64,000 nucleotides of DNA, from the NCBI GenBank assembly GCA_051294905.1, contig CM119373.1, positions 4,962,001 through 5,026,000 of the forward strand, written 5' to 3'. Position numbers and translations under genes: made by a program. The DNA is from Botryllus schlosseri (lineage: Eukaryota). The first letter of the stretch is position 1; each line of letters begins with the position of its first letter. Below are positions 36,491 through 49,614 of the stretch, in pieces. The notes beneath the pieces were generated by a model that saw only the letters and a program-made list of their open reading frames with translations, was not told where the DNA came from and made no database searches.

Positions 36491-37921
36491 CAGGGGTGGG
36501 CAAACTACGGCCTGCGGGCCGCATGCGGCCTACAACCCTGTTTTGTGCGGCCCCCGAAAGCCTCAAGAAACGTTATAAAAATATTGATAAAATGAGTACT
36601 GAAAATCTAATTATTGCAGCGACTTTACTAAGCATTTTGCTAATGTATTTCACCATGACGATGCTAAGTTATATAGTCTTATTATGATGTTTCTATTTAT
36701 ATTTGATTGCTAGTGCAATAGCCTAACCTCAAGGCCCGAGCATTTTGAAAAGTTTTATTTGCTAAACATCACAGAAAGTCAAAACGGAAATGACATAATT
36801 CGGCTAGCGTGTGTGATTTTAAATTGGCAACTCCAAGAGATGTATTACTTTTAGTGTTGCACTTTGAAACACTGGTATTCGCACGTGTGTTAGGTAGATT
36901 TGTCCTCGATATGTGTAGAAGTATTTTATATTTATAATATCAAGAATCGTAGAAGCGTATTTAAAGGTAACATGGTTATGATGCTTTCAGCATTGTGTGT
37001 CCTGAAGGAAAGATTGTAACCGAGTCACACGGCTCCAAGTCACAACTCAATCTCACTTTTATGGTATTATCAAATCATCACCGAGTCAAGTCCAAGTCGG
37101 GGAACAGAGTGTCGAGTCTGAGTCACATCGTTGAGACTCGAGTCCGAGTGCAAGTGATCGTGTTCACTGTTAATTTTCCCGTTCATGTCATGTTCAACCC
37201 ACGCTTTCACAACTCTGCTTGGGTGATATCGAATGCCTCGCATTCGTAAGTGTTCTAATTTCCTCACTCTTTACAGTTTCTAGCCCTATTATTCTAATAC
37301 GAGTGCTCATAGACGAAACACGAATAATGCAGTAACTTTACTATTCTTCGAAGTTACAATGAAATGCCTATCCTTGCCATCCCAGTCTCGTATGACTTGG
37401 TCGAGTTATGCGAAATGACTCGAGTACAAGTCGAGTCAATCCACAAATTGACTAAAGGTGAGTCGTGTCATTTTCCGTATTTTAGTAAATTGAGTCGAGT
37501 CACCGAAAGACCGCAACTAGAGTAGCAGTCGGATCAAATCATGACTCGAGACATTACAACCCTGGCTGGAGGTAATGCAAAAGTGGAATCAGCAAAACAG
37601 ATCGTTGCCCGATTCAAGTTTACATGCTGTTCTATGAGTCGGAACAATCGAGTTTCATCCCTAATTTGACAAATTGATTATTGAGGATGTCCAGTTTATA
37701 AAATCTTGTCAATGTTTCTGAAAGGTGTATATTGTCTACGTTATCATATCGCCGAATCAATGTTTGGTTTGTTTTACATATACATATTTTTTATCTTCAT
37801 CTTTCGTCGGTTACTATTGTAATAGAAATTTTGATAATAATCTCAATTTAATATAGTGCGGCCCGCGAATGGATTCAGATGTTGAATGCGGCCCGCGAGC
37901 CAAAAAGTTTGCCCACCCCTG
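36491..37921. mobile_element. hAT-type MITE with a nested GACTCGAGTC-family MITE (~37009-37564)
   Basis: TIR CAGGGGTGGGCAAACT, perfect TSD CTCTAACT, GCGGCCCGC subterminal motifs. Confidence 0.85.
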
Positions 37922-38981
37922 CTCTAACTTCTGTACGTTGAATTAATGCCTATTTTGATAGTTTCTACAAATTATGTGACTACATATTCCGACCATCAAC
38001 TATATTTCCCACTTCCAGCAGCGAAAAAATCCGAACATATTATATTTATCGACTTCTGCGTATCAACGAATCAATTCTGCGAGTATCTTGTCGAATCTCA
38101 GTTTTTGTATTGCAATATTTCTCCCTAGAAAATGAGTACTATGGCAGACGAATGCGGCAAGTATCCATGCATTGAATGACACATTAAATCCAAGGATCAC
38201 CTTCAGTATTATGCATTGGCAGAGGTGGTCAGTAACCATGTACTGCTACTTTTTAGAAGTACCAAATTACACTTGCTCATTTTCACTAATCATTGAAGTG
38301 GGTATTACTTAGAGACTACTTCTACTTTTACTTAACGATTTTCAGTTTCTCGGTGAACTAGGAGTAACGTCAGAAGTATGTGGCGACTAGATCTAAAATT
38401 ATGCCTTAATCCGCTATTATATTCTTGCAGAGTTAGCAAAAGTACTATTTTTTCAACGAAGCTTCGTTTGATGCACCGTGTGGCATCGTTATGACGTCGC
38501 TATCCGAGATCACAGTAATTTTAAATGTACATTTATTACATTATTACACAGATCGCGTCATAATATCTGTATGCTGTTGTTTCAACCCGGATGTGTATGA
38601 GAATGCATTGACAATGATATGGAAGGATAAATCTTAGCTGCTATTTTTGAACGGTCAGACTTTGCGACATTTACTCACCTGCGCCAAATTTCGGAGTCGA
38701 GAAGCTGCCAGGCATCTCTTTCTCGGCGCACTGAAATGAGAAACAATTTATAAAGCATAGAATACTTGTTAGTAAAAGATGTATGCATGAAACCTATGGA
38801 TTGTGTTCTGTTGCTGAACATAATGCGTAATATTTGAAACAGTCATCGCCATAGGGTTCAGAGCGAGTTGAACCAAGCTCAGATATAAAGGAATTGTGCC
38901 TAACGATACAGGGATGTTTAGTTACGGTAAGTAAGCGTACGGAACATGCGCTTATAAGAGTAATAATAATAATAATAACGT

Positions 38982-41900
38982 TGGAGTATTTGGTTGTATT
39001 ATGAAAGGGTGATAACCCCACCGCCGTCACTGAGTTCGTGATAAATTGTAATAAGTTCATTTAGTTACTGCCTGATTTGAATTTCCTGACGACCGTGGCG
39101 CACAATTACTTTAAATTAACCTAACTTCTGAACTGACGCACCACTGCTGTGGATGCCTGCGAAACGAGCTGGATATATTGCACCTGGACGTACCCGCCGT
39201 GGGACCAAGCGGATGACCCCAGAGGACTCCTCAACTCCGACCACACAGGAACACCAAAGAGAAGATATTTATCAACATGGCGCCTGTGCAACACCGAACT
39301 GTGGCTCACAAAACAGCTCTGCTGCAAAAGAAAAAAAGAAGAGACACAGATGGAGTAAAGAAGAGTATAAAGAAATAATGAGATGTTACTTCTTAGCCAA
39401 AATTGAAAACTTGGCAGGAGTAACCGAAGGAACTTTTCAAAAATGGAAAGAGAGAACTAACAACTCTCCAACCATGACTGCCAATACCCTGGCAACTATG
39501 AGACGCTGTGTAATGAAAAAATTATCAGAACAAGAACTCGCAGAAATCGAGAGCGAAATTTGTAACAAAAACACAGAAAACTCTGAGGCACTAGAACTTC
39601 AATTCGGCCAAGATGACCTGTATCCGCAACAACCACTTGAAGACCTGAACATCCCAGAGGTAGAATCACAAAACACCATCAGGCACCCGAATGAACCAAC
39701 ATCACCTAACGTTGATGACATGGACACGGAATTAGAATTGGAGATCAAAAATCAAATTATCGACCGAATGAACTCCACATTTGATGTAAATGACAGAGTG
39801 AATTTACCTGACCTACAAATTACAAAGAAACTGAAAACTGATATTGCAGTAGCGAACAAAATTTTGACAGAAACCATACTACCTGCAATAAATGACAAAA
39901 AAGGAGAAAGACCACAATGTCCCTTAACGACAATCAACAACCTCATTTACAGCACTGCGGCAGTTATCTCGGAAAGGCACTGCAAAATACCAAGACCTGT
40001 CAACAAAAAAAGGGGAAGCCATACGTCAGCTTGGCAACGCAGAATTGAAAACAAAATCGCAAAACTAAGGTGTGATGTTGCGATACTCTCAGAACTAAAA
40101 AAAGGAAATGTTTCCCGCAAAGTAAAAAATAAAGTGAAAAAAATAGAACTGGAGCACCAAACAAAACTGCAGTCAACAGAAAAAGTGACAATGTTGCAAG
40201 AGGAATTAAAAATGAGAATATGCGCCAAAGCACAACGATTGAAACGATATAAAAAACGAGAAACACAATATCGCCAAAACTTGTTATTTACTCGCAAACC
40301 TGGCCAATTTTTCCGAATGATGAAACAAAAGTCAAACCACAAAATTACCAGCAGCAAAATTCCAGCCACTGCAGATCTGGAATCATTTTGGAAAGAAATA
40401 TGGGAAACCGAAAAATTGCACAACTCAAATGCAACTTGGATACAAGACCTCCACACTGACCACCTACAAACACCAGAACAACAATGGTCAGAAATCACAA
40501 AACAAGAAATCAAGGAGGCTCTAAAAAGTTCACTGAACTGGAAAGCAGCTGGTCCTGACCAGATCAAAAACTTTTGGCTAAAAAAACTAACTGCAACACA
40601 TAATTACCTAGCGGCGATCTACAATGAGCTTTTATCCTCAACCAACTCGCACGAGATCCCAGCCTGGTTCACACAAGGGATCACCTATCTTATTCCAAAA
40701 AATGAAAACACCAGGGACCCCAAGAACTACAGGCCGATAACATGCCTGACAACCATGTACAAAACACTGACCAAAATCCTGGCAAAACGAAGCTACAAAC
40801 ACCTAGAAAACCTTCTTCCGCCTGAGCAGAAAGGATGCAAGGAAGGTGCCCTTGGCTGTAAGGACCACCTGCTTCTGGACAAAACCATTCTTGAAAACTG
40901 CAAGAGGAGACACACTAACCTCAGCATGGCATGGATAGAGTACAAAAAAGCTTTCGATTCAGTCCCTCACACATGGATACTGAAAACAATGCGTATGTAC
41001 AAAATGAATCCGATCATCATCAGATTTATTGAAGATTCAATGAAAAATTGGCATACCAAACTGTTGATCAAACATGACCAAGGCGAAACAGAAACCTGTA
41101 CAATTCAGATACGGAATGGTATCTTTCAAGGCGACTCATTCTCACCACTTCTATTCTGCCTCAGTTTAGCTCCACTTAGTGAGTTGCTGAGAAAAAATGA
41201 AACAGGATACGTGATGAAAAAAGCAGCAAACTCTGAAGGTCAAAAGATTCATCACCTTTTGTTCATGGATGATCTGAAACTGTACGCGAAATCCGATGCA
41301 GACCTGAATAACCAAATGAAAATTGTTCATGAGTTTTCGGAAGATATAAAAATGAAATTTGGCTTGGATAAATGCTCAAAACTTACCATACGACGTGGAA
41401 GAGTCACCAGCACTGGCGACATGAGCTTCAAACGGGGTGAAACCATAACAGAATTGAATGCCGAAGATCACTATAAATATCTAGGGATCTGTGAAAGCGA
41501 CAACATTAAACATGCTGCAATGAAATCAAGTCTGAAAAAGGAATACATTAGCAGGCTCAAGTCAATTCTCAAAACTGAACTCAATTCCAAAAACAAAATC
41601 AATGCCATAAACAGTCTTGCAGTGCCTGTCTTGAGATATAGCTTTGGTGTGGTGAACTGGCGCAAAGATGAAATTAAAAAATTGGATACAAAGACGAGAA
41701 AATTGATGACAATGCACCACATGCATCACCCAAAATCTGATACACAAAGACTGTACATCCCCAGAAAAAAAGGTGGTCGAGGACTACAAGAAATTGAACA
41801 AACTTTCAAAACAGAAATCATCGGCTTGTCACAGTACATCAACAACAGCGAAAACATTTACTGCATACTCATTGCACAGGAAGACAAACATCGCAAAACA

Positions 41901-43094
41901 AAATCTCTGAGCTATCGTCACGACAAGTACGTCAGAGAAGTCAACATGGAAACAGCTAACCTGTACACTGCTGAAAACACTGTTGCCAAACCCACAACAA
42001 TAGCAAAAGCAGCACGAGTCCAGTACAAAAATGCAATGCTCAAAATGAGAGAAACGATATGGGAATCGATGCCTCTTCATGGACAGCACAAGAAGTTAAC
42101 TTCACAGCCCCATGTAGACGAGCTTTCATGGACCTGGCTATCCAGCTCTGGCCTGAAACCGGCAAGCGAAGGATTCATTTTCGCAGCACAAGACCAATCG
42201 CTTCCTACAAAATACTATCGCAAAAGAATTCTGAAGCAAAACACGGACGGCAAATGCAGAATGTGCCACAACCAAAATGAAACTGTAGCATATCTCATGT
42301 CCGGCTGTGGTGCACTTGCAGCTACCGAATACACATGGAGACACAATAGGATTGGTCACTACATTCATCTTGAATTATGCAAACATTTTAACATCACCAC
42401 TTCGACAAAAAATTGGTATGATTACAGCCCAGCACCAGTGACAGAAAACGAACAAGTAAAAATTCTGTGGGATGTACCAGTTATAACTGACCGCGAAATC
42501 AGGAGCAACCGCCCGGATATAATCGTCAAACTGAAAAAGAAAAGAGAATGCTTATTCATTGAACTGGCTGTCCCAGCTGATCACAACCTACTGCAAAAAG
42601 AATCAGAAAAATACTCCAAATACGCAGATCTCAAAATGGAATGTGAGAAAATGTGGCGATGCAAAATAAACATTGTACCGATAGTCATTGGTGCTACAGG
42701 GGTCGTGAGCAAAAAACTCATGAGGCATATCCAACAAATTCTGGGTAACGTTCGATTCGACATGATCCAGAAAATCACATTATTGGGCACTTTGAACATT
42801 CTTCGAAAGGCCTTGAATGCACCACTGGACTAAAATTACACTTGTGAATCACAGCATAATTTCTGTAATTTCGATTCTTCATCTTCAATCTTCTCTACCT
42901 CTGCTCTGTAACCCTTGCCAATTCTTCATCTGCTGCAATTCTGTAATCTGACTTCTCCGTGTATTGCATAGGAATAACAATTTGAATTTTTACTGAAATT
43001 TTAAAAATTTACTCCAATCTCGCCATTTTCCTTTGGGGGCAGGTTGCTCCCCGGATTATGTGTGTATCTACCAGTATTACTGTGAATAAAGAAT
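38982..43094 (+). mobile_element. R4/Dong-clade non-LTR retrotransposon inserted in a (TAA)n tract
   Basis: Single RT-RLE ORF. 13-bp direct repeat ATAATAATAACGT at 38969-38981 and 43095-43107. (TAA)n targeting is established for Dong. Confidence 0.88.
39153..42833 (+). CDS. Reverse transcriptase with restriction-like endonuclease (RLE), 1226 aa
   Basis: N-terminal RHRWS..EIMRCYF; RT motifs YRPITCL, KKAFDSV, GIFQGDSFSP, LFMDD and YKYLG; CxxC knuckle; RH; RPDII..IELAVP..KY RLE motif. Confidence 0.95.
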   Translation: MPAKRAGYIAPGRTRRGTKRMTPEDSSTPTTQEHQREDIYQHGACATPNCGSQNSSAAKEKKKRHRWSKEEYKEIMRCYFLAKIENLAGVTEGTFQKWKERTNNSPTMTANTLATMRRCVMKKLSEQELAEIESEICNKNTENSEALELQFGQDDLYPQQPLEDLNIPEVESQNTIRHPNEPTSPNVDDMDTELELEIKNQIIDRMNSTFDVNDRVNLPDLQITKKLKTDIAVANKILTETILPAINDKKGERPQCPLTTINNLIYSTAAVISERHCKIPRPVNKKRGSHTSAWQRRIENKIAKLRCDVAILSELKKGNVSRKVKNKVKKIELEHQTKLQSTEKVTMLQEELKMRICAKAQRLKRYKKRETQYRQNLLFTRKPGQFFRMMKQKSNHKITSSKIPATADLESFWKEIWETEKLHNSNATWIQDLHTDHLQTPEQQWSEITKQEIKEALKSSLNWKAAGPDQIKNFWLKKLTATHNYLAAIYNELLSSTNSHEIPAWFTQGITYLIPKNENTRDPKNYRPITCLTTMYKTLTKILAKRSYKHLENLLPPEQKGCKEGALGCKDHLLLDKTILENCKRRHTNLSMAWIEYKKAFDSVPHTWILKTMRMYKMNPIIIRFIEDSMKNWHTKLLIKHDQGETETCTIQIRNGIFQGDSFSPLLFCLSLAPLSELLRKNETGYVMKKAANSEGQKIHHLLFMDDLKLYAKSDADLNNQMKIVHEFSEDIKMKFGLDKCSKLTIRRGRVTSTGDMSFKRGETITELNAEDHYKYLGICESDNIKHAAMKSSLKKEYISRLKSILKTELNSKNKINAINSLAVPVLRYSFGVVNWRKDEIKKLDTKTRKLMTMHHMHHPKSDTQRLYIPRKKGGRGLQEIEQTFKTEIIGLSQYINNSENIYCILIAQEDKHRKTKSLSYRHDKYVREVNMETANLYTAENTVAKPTTIAKAARVQYKNAMLKMRETIWESMPLHGQHKKLTSQPHVDELSWTWLSSSGLKPASEGFIFAAQDQSLPTKYYRKRILKQNTDGKCRMCHNQNETVAYLMSGCGALAATEYTWRHNRIGHYIHLELCKHFNITTSTKNWYDYSPAPVTENEQVKILWDVPVITDREIRSNRPDIIVKLKKKRECLFIELAVPADHNLLQKESEKYSKYADLKMECEKMWRCKINIVPIVIGATGVVSKKLMRHIQQILGNVRFDMIQKITLLGTLNILRKALNAPLD

Positions 43095-43105
43095 ATAATA
43101 ATAAC

Positions 43106-43259
43106 GTAATCTGACTTCTCCGTGTATTGCATAGGAATAACAATTTGAATGTATTACTGAAATTTTAAAAATTTACTCCAATCTCGCCATTTTCCTTTGG
43201 GGGCAGGTTGCTCCCCGGATTATGTCTGTATCTACCAGTTTTACTGTGTATAAAGAATA
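43106..43259 (+). mobile_element. 5'-truncated second copy of the R4/Dong 3' UTR
   Basis: Near-identical tandem repeat (163-bp period) of 42943-43105, ending in a TAA-rich tail. Confidence 0.8.
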
Positions 43260-43269
43260 TAATAGTAAT

Positions 43270-45500
43270 ATAATAATTTATAGAGCGCCGAATATAACAA
43301 TATGTCATTACTACACTAGGGCGCTGTACATAAAAGGCAATAAAATAAAAAAGTAAACGATATGTATAAAATACGAAGTGCATAGTTGTAGGGCGGAATG
43401 AACACTACTCTAGTTCGAACGCTCGTGTGAATAAAACGGTCTTGGAAGATTGTTCCACAGAATGGCGGCCGAGGAAGAAAAGGTTCTCACGCCGTAGGTC
43501 GATGTTCTGCCTCTTGGAACTGACAAGAGCATTTGTGACTGAGAACGTAGCGCTCTTCCGGGATTATACATTGTCACTAGCTCACGAAGATACGCTGGTG
43601 CACTTCCCTCCATGCATTTGAAGACGTACAGAAGAAGCTTGTATTCAGACCTAAATTTCACGTGTAACCAATGAAGGTATCTAAGAATCGGCGTTACGTG
43701 ATCACGCTTCCTTGACCGAGTTACCAAACGAGCAGCGACGTTTTGGATCTTTTGTAGCTTGTCGATGCAATTTTGGTTTACCCCGTAAAGCAGAGCATTT
43801 CCATAGTCAAGCCGTGATATCACCAGCGACAGTATTATGGCTTTGCATGCATCCTCAGATAGGTAGTTCCTGATTCGACTGATCTTGTGGATATACATGA
43901 AACAGATCTTTGATGTATAGTCGATATTTTTTTCCATTGAGAGCATGCCGTCAAAGTGAATACCTAGGTTACGTACACAGGTTTTGGCTTGGATGTGTCT
44001 GGTCCGAATCTGATGGTGAATTGATTGTGGTCGATGGGGCGTCTGGTTGGCGTAAAAATGATGAGTTTAGTTTTCTGTTTGTTCAACTTGAGACGATTTT
44101 GTGTCATCGAGAGCTCAATATCGATAAGACATCGCTGTAACTTGGATGACACGCACTCCCAATCATTGCTATTTCTCATAAGACCGTAAACCTGTGTATC
44201 ATCCGCGTAGCAATGGTGGAAGAAACCATGGCGACGGCAAATATCTCCGACTGGCTTCGTGTATATGAGGTAGAGCAATGGGCCGAGAACAGAACCCTGT
44301 GGTACTCCTGATTCGATTTGAATCTCTGACGAACGGACAACATCCACAGATACGCACTGCATTCTATCTTTCAAATAAGATTTTACCCATTCTAATGCCA
44401 CGCCGGAGGTTCCGAATACATGATGGAGCCGTTCCACCAATAGAACGTGGTCGATCACATCGAAGGCAGCGGAGAGATCCAGCATGATCAGAGCGACCAT
44501 GTTTCCGTTGTCGAGGGCAGAAGCAATGTCATTGTGGACACGTAACGTTGCTGTTTCAGTCGAGTGTCCGGCACGATATGCCGACTGATTCATATCGTGA
44601 AGATCGTACTCGGTCACATGGTCCACAATGCGTTTGGCGACAACCTTTTCCAGAAGTTTTGAGAGATGCGGAAGCTGCGATATCGGTCGATAGTTTTGCA
44701 TCAGATCGGGGTCAAGAGTGTTCTTCTTCAGGAGTGGGGTCACCACAGCTCGCTTAAAGCATTGCGGTACCACGCCGTCTAACAGCGACCGATTTATGAT
44801 TTCGACGACCAGAATCGCCAAGTCCGAGAAACATTCCATCAGAATCCAAGTTGGTATAGGATCAAGATCGCATGTCTTTGGTCGTGTACCAGAAATGAGC
44901 TATTTAATCTCATCAACATTAGTAGGCGATAGATTATCCAGAGCGGCACCGTTGAAATTTTCCTCGTTTGTTTGTTCTTCTGATCGTTGTCGGTTGCCTT
45001 GCTGAGCAAGCAAAAATTGTCTGATAGAGCCTACCTTGTCACGGAAAAACGTGTTAAATGAATTTGCCAGACTTAGTGACGATGGATGATTGGATGGTAG
45101 TTTTACCGTGCTCGATTCTGCGAGGAGGTTTTTCGTTACGTTGAAGAGTTTCTTCTTGTTATCCTTGCATTCCATTATCGAGTTGTGGTAGTAGCTAGAT
45201 TTTGCTTTGACTATTATTCTGATCACCCGAGTGCATTGTTCCTGGTACATCTGTCTATGGACGACTAGTTTAGAAGCTCTCCGCTGACGTTCAAGCTTTC
45301 TCCGCAATCTTTTCGCGGTCCTGATGTCATTGCTATACCAGGGTGAGCAGCGCAAGACAATTGATTTCGTGATCGGTAGAGAGTGCTTATCAATTATCAG
45401 GCGAAGCTGCAGATTGTAGTTTCGAACCAGGACTTCGCTCGAGTCGTCGTAAGATTGGAGTTTGACGTTATCTCTGATGTCGTTTGAGATATTTGCAATC
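43270..45500 (-). pseudogene. 5'-truncated L2-clade LINE ORF2 with frameshifts/stops
   Basis: PW, YRPISQL, LDLSAAFD, GVPQGSVLGP, YADDTQ, RLDYGNALL and HVTPILRYLHWL. L2-type 3' end GCGCTCTATAAAT followed by a (TTA)-rich tail. Confidence 0.9.
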
Positions 45501-45800
45501 GATGCAAATGCATCGCTTGTCTGAAATTTTAAAATCCAGATCCTGTTCTAAATTAGAGATTCAAATTCAAGCCCAAATTCAAATCCTGATTTAATTATCA
45601 TGTCCATATGCACATGCCCTCCGGCAATCGCTGTAATTTGATCAAAATTTGCATAAAAATTACAGTGAGAGAAATTTCATGTACAATTATAGCAAGTACC
45701 GTTTCTAGCTGACCCCGAGATCGATTCTTTTGTCCAGGGGTGGTCAATCTGCACAGTGGAAAGAAAATTGTGCGGCCGCCGACGCTTAATTCGACTAGGA

Positions 45801-46280
45801 CAGTGGTTCCCAGCCGGTGGGGAATTCCTCGCTGGTGGGAAATTCAATGGTATCTGGTGGGGAATAGACCCATTTGCTAAACACTATATACAGGACAGTC
45901 TACATATTTACGAAAACACATGCGCAATTACCGTTACCAGTTAACTACTATGGAATGTATGTATCGAAAACTTTATTGCGTGTTCACAAAATCTCATTTT
46001 TAACTCCGGATAACCAATTATGGCGTCACAAACACATCCGGCACGACCAGTATGACGCGTATAACATATTCGCTTAATTTTAAGGGTTACCCTTACTGGT
46101 ATCGGTTCACCACACGTTTTATGTGAAGTTATAGGCGATTGTCTTGCGCATTGGTGTGGTTGTGTGTCTTGTGTCAGCTAATAGCTGCTCCGTACTGACG
46201 AAAGATTGTGAGTAGTGGGGAAATAAGCCTCGGAATAAATCTCAAGTGGGGGATGAAGACAAAAAGCTAGGGAACCACTG
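45801..46280. mobile_element. hAT-type MITE (sister of 49747-50232), nested in a larger hAT MITE at ~45735-47010
   Basis: TIR CAGTGGTTCCC, TSD gactagga/gacaagga. Outer element has TIR CAGGGGTG. Confidence 0.8.
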
Positions 46281-49200
46281 GACAAGGATTGGTTGGCCGC
46301 GGTTAATATGCAAATTGATTTTATGAATTGTCTGCCTAATAATGAGAGGTTTGAATTATTCTAGAAGGTTTCTTCGCCCTAGGCGCTAGTTGATTTTCGA
46401 TTTTAATGTAGCAGTGTCCTTTGTAATATGAGCCCCTTGTATTATGAGCCCCACAGCACAGATGCGAACAGGAAAGGAACGAGGAAACGATGGAAATGAT
46501 GCACCCGATAAAGAAATATCATTTTATAATCGCGTTCTTCACATCATTGGTTTCTGGTAGGCCTACGGTTCGGCATATCCAATATATTTCCACCATACCA
46601 ACAATCCTGATGGGAGGTCAATAAATAACAGCATGCAACAATCGGGACTAACGACAATTGTGGCCCACCCAAAGATGCAGCACAGAGTTATTACATTCCT
46701 TAAAATTACCAACACACCATCTGCATCAACTCTGGCGGTGAATCTGATCACGTGGGCTGAGAAAGGATAAATGATTGATAGTAATATGCCAAATACTAAT
46801 AAAATAATTACAAAAAACGAATCCATGTGACGACATGACGACTCACGATTTCCGTGCGCATAGTATGCCGATATGAGTAAATAGATTGGTCCGGAGTTCA
46901 CTGGCACTGGACAAGAATAGTTTTATGTGGGAATTTGGCCTCCAGTTAGTTCCTTACTACCATATGCACTTGAATGCGGCCGTGAATTGCGAAAAGGTTG
47001 GTCACCCCTGCTTTAGTTGCTGAAGAGTGTTTTCAGTTATAGTGCGCAGCTCAAAGATCATGATATGAATGAATGAATGAATGTGATGATCATGATATTT
47101 TTCTTGTTTTTGTATTTCTTTAAGAAAATATTAATTCTTTTGTGGTAACTATGTAAGTCGGCCATGTTAGAGACCACAGTGTTGTACTGACGTAGAGATA
47201 TCAAAACGGGGTTGTTAGAGTGCGTTTCCTATTTTTATCTCTATATTGAAGTCATGCGGCACGCGGCCTTTACGAATTTTAAAAAGAGGTCCGCGACCTC
47301 TGAGCTGGAGGTATTAGCAGCAGCGAAGTATACCTCTACTTTTCTGTAGTAGCCTACTCAAGTAGGTTATTGCGACTCGTTCACTAACTCAACTAGCTTG
47401 GTTTTATATACTACATTCAATCATCTCATTGTTTCGCTTACTCAAGTACTTCTACGTACACAGTTTTTCAATATTGAAATCCAAATGTTTGTATACTTGA
47501 TATTGTCAAGTGAAAAAGTTTTTGGACGCAGTTCAACGACGTCTTGCTTCGAAATGGATCTAAGACCTTAGTAGCTTCCACACCCTATTTAACGTCCACT
47601 TGTATGAATATAACTTTCTTAGGTAAACGAGCTTTCTGAGCTCTGCTCCTTCATCAGCTGTTGAAGCAAGATGAATAGAATTCATATACAAATTCACAAT
47701 CAGCAACATATAAGAGATCATGCCTGGATTTCGTACGTTATCATGTAACCGTGGTAATTGCGTTGCGTCTAGCATGGAGCTATAGCTACAAGATTTTTAG
47801 TTGCGTCTATAACGCATTGGGGCTGTCACGTGTAATGACCATTTCCTGCAAAATGATCGCACATATTTAATATGCCTAATATAACGTATCTAAGATACGA
47901 TGTAACCCAACACTCACATTCTAAAACTTCCAATTCAGTATCGAGATCATTTGCCATCTTCTTGGCTTTCTGCAATTCGCTCCATTTCAACATATCATCA
48001 CTTTTCAAGTATATCAATGTTAATTTCTTCATATTGGAGGTGTTGACAAGAGACGAAATCTCATCGAGTGATGCACCATATCCTGAGTTGAATATGCATC
48101 TGATATATTCGATCTGCGGTGAGAAATTATTACAATCAATATTGTGTATCACAATGATGCCTACTACAATTGTTGGTCATTTCACCAGGGGCCATGATGT
48201 GTTACAGGGTACTTCAGATAAACTTATTACCAGGAATCACAAGCTCCGAAACTGCTGTGAATATCTCGTGCAAACACAATAATTTAATTCATGTGAAAGG
48301 GAATCTTACTATACGGCAGAATTTAATAATAATGTGCGATGGTGGGAGAAGTACTTTCAATATGTGCAGATGTTACCAGATGATAGGTATTACCTTCTTT
48401 TGCTGACAAGCTTCAATAGTTTTCCCAAGTTCATCTTCTCTCGTGAAGTAAAAAATTGCATGGATATTGCCAAAAACGGAAATTGCTCTCCTGCTCCCCA
48501 AAATTCTGTTGTGATCGTAAACGGGTATATGGCCATTCACAGCAACATCCAAAGCCTTCAGCTCAAATGCGAAAGAGATTTGTTGATAAGTTTTGGTAAA
48601 AGATACGGAAATGTGAATAGAAACAAATATTCCCGGACGTTAATATAGCCGCCGAAGAGATTATTGGGTGCGAAGTCATATAAAATTATAGGCAAATATA
48701 AATGCGTTCAAAACGATTTCGGAAATCGAGTGGAAAATCGTACTTGATAGTTTTTCCAGGAAGTCTCAATCAACCGCCAATCGATATTTTCTTCTTCTGC
48801 ACAATCGAGCAATATCTTGCTCATCTTAACACAATATTGGTTTCAAATGGTAAGCTGACGTCATTGTGCCGATGATCACCCATTGAAATGATTCCTCATA
48901 TAGTTACTGTACATTAGTGATTCGTAGGAAATGTTTGATTCTACATAATACAAATACTACAGTGGTGTTAATCTCACTCCAGTGTATGATTTCTTGTTAC
49001 AATCTAGCAATGAATATGCTATGTATTGTATTGTACAAACGGATGATATAGGAAAAAGTTGGTTAAAGTAGCCATCGTTGTTACTGAAGTAAAAGTAGAA
49101 GTAGCGGTATGCAAGTAAGAAAGAAGTAGGCATTCCTGGCCTAGTTTTGCCTAAAATATGAAAACTTTCAAATTAAGGTAGAAGTAGTCTAAAAACATAA

Positions 49201-49614
49201 CCACTTCAGCAAGCAGTGCAAGACAAGCAAACTCTACTTGAGTGCTCCGGAAAAGTAGAAGTACTTCGTTACTCCCCTCATCTGAAAACGAGTTACTTCT
49301 ACTTTTTCAAACTACGAGGTTATTATGACAATTTCACTCATAAAGTTCATGAAAAATTAGATAGGAACTAATTTAAACTTTTCAGAACCCAAAATGTAAC
49401 AAGTAAGTAGTATTGCAGTAAAACCACTGAAGTAGAAGTGGAAGTAGTATAGAAACATAGCTACTTGCATATGTAGTGCAAGTAGGCAAACTTATCGTGA
49501 GTACTCCTGAAAAGTAGAATTACTTGGTTACTCACCACATTTTTCAACGATTTACTTCTACTTTTCCATAGTACTCTAGTAGATTTTGCCTACTTGCAAT
49601 ACTTACTCAAGTGT

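Noticed and set aside
39752..42799. Antisense ORFs over the R4 ORF, and the many 60-150 aa ORFs elsewhere in the track
   Set aside because: Shadow frames of real TE genes or chance ORFs in repeats, with no recognisable motifs.
47560..48830. Host protein-coding gene on the minus strand (similar coding-like stretches at 34.7-35.9 kb and 60.4-61.1 kb)
   Set aside because: Coding-like composition but many stops, and no motif I can name with confidence.
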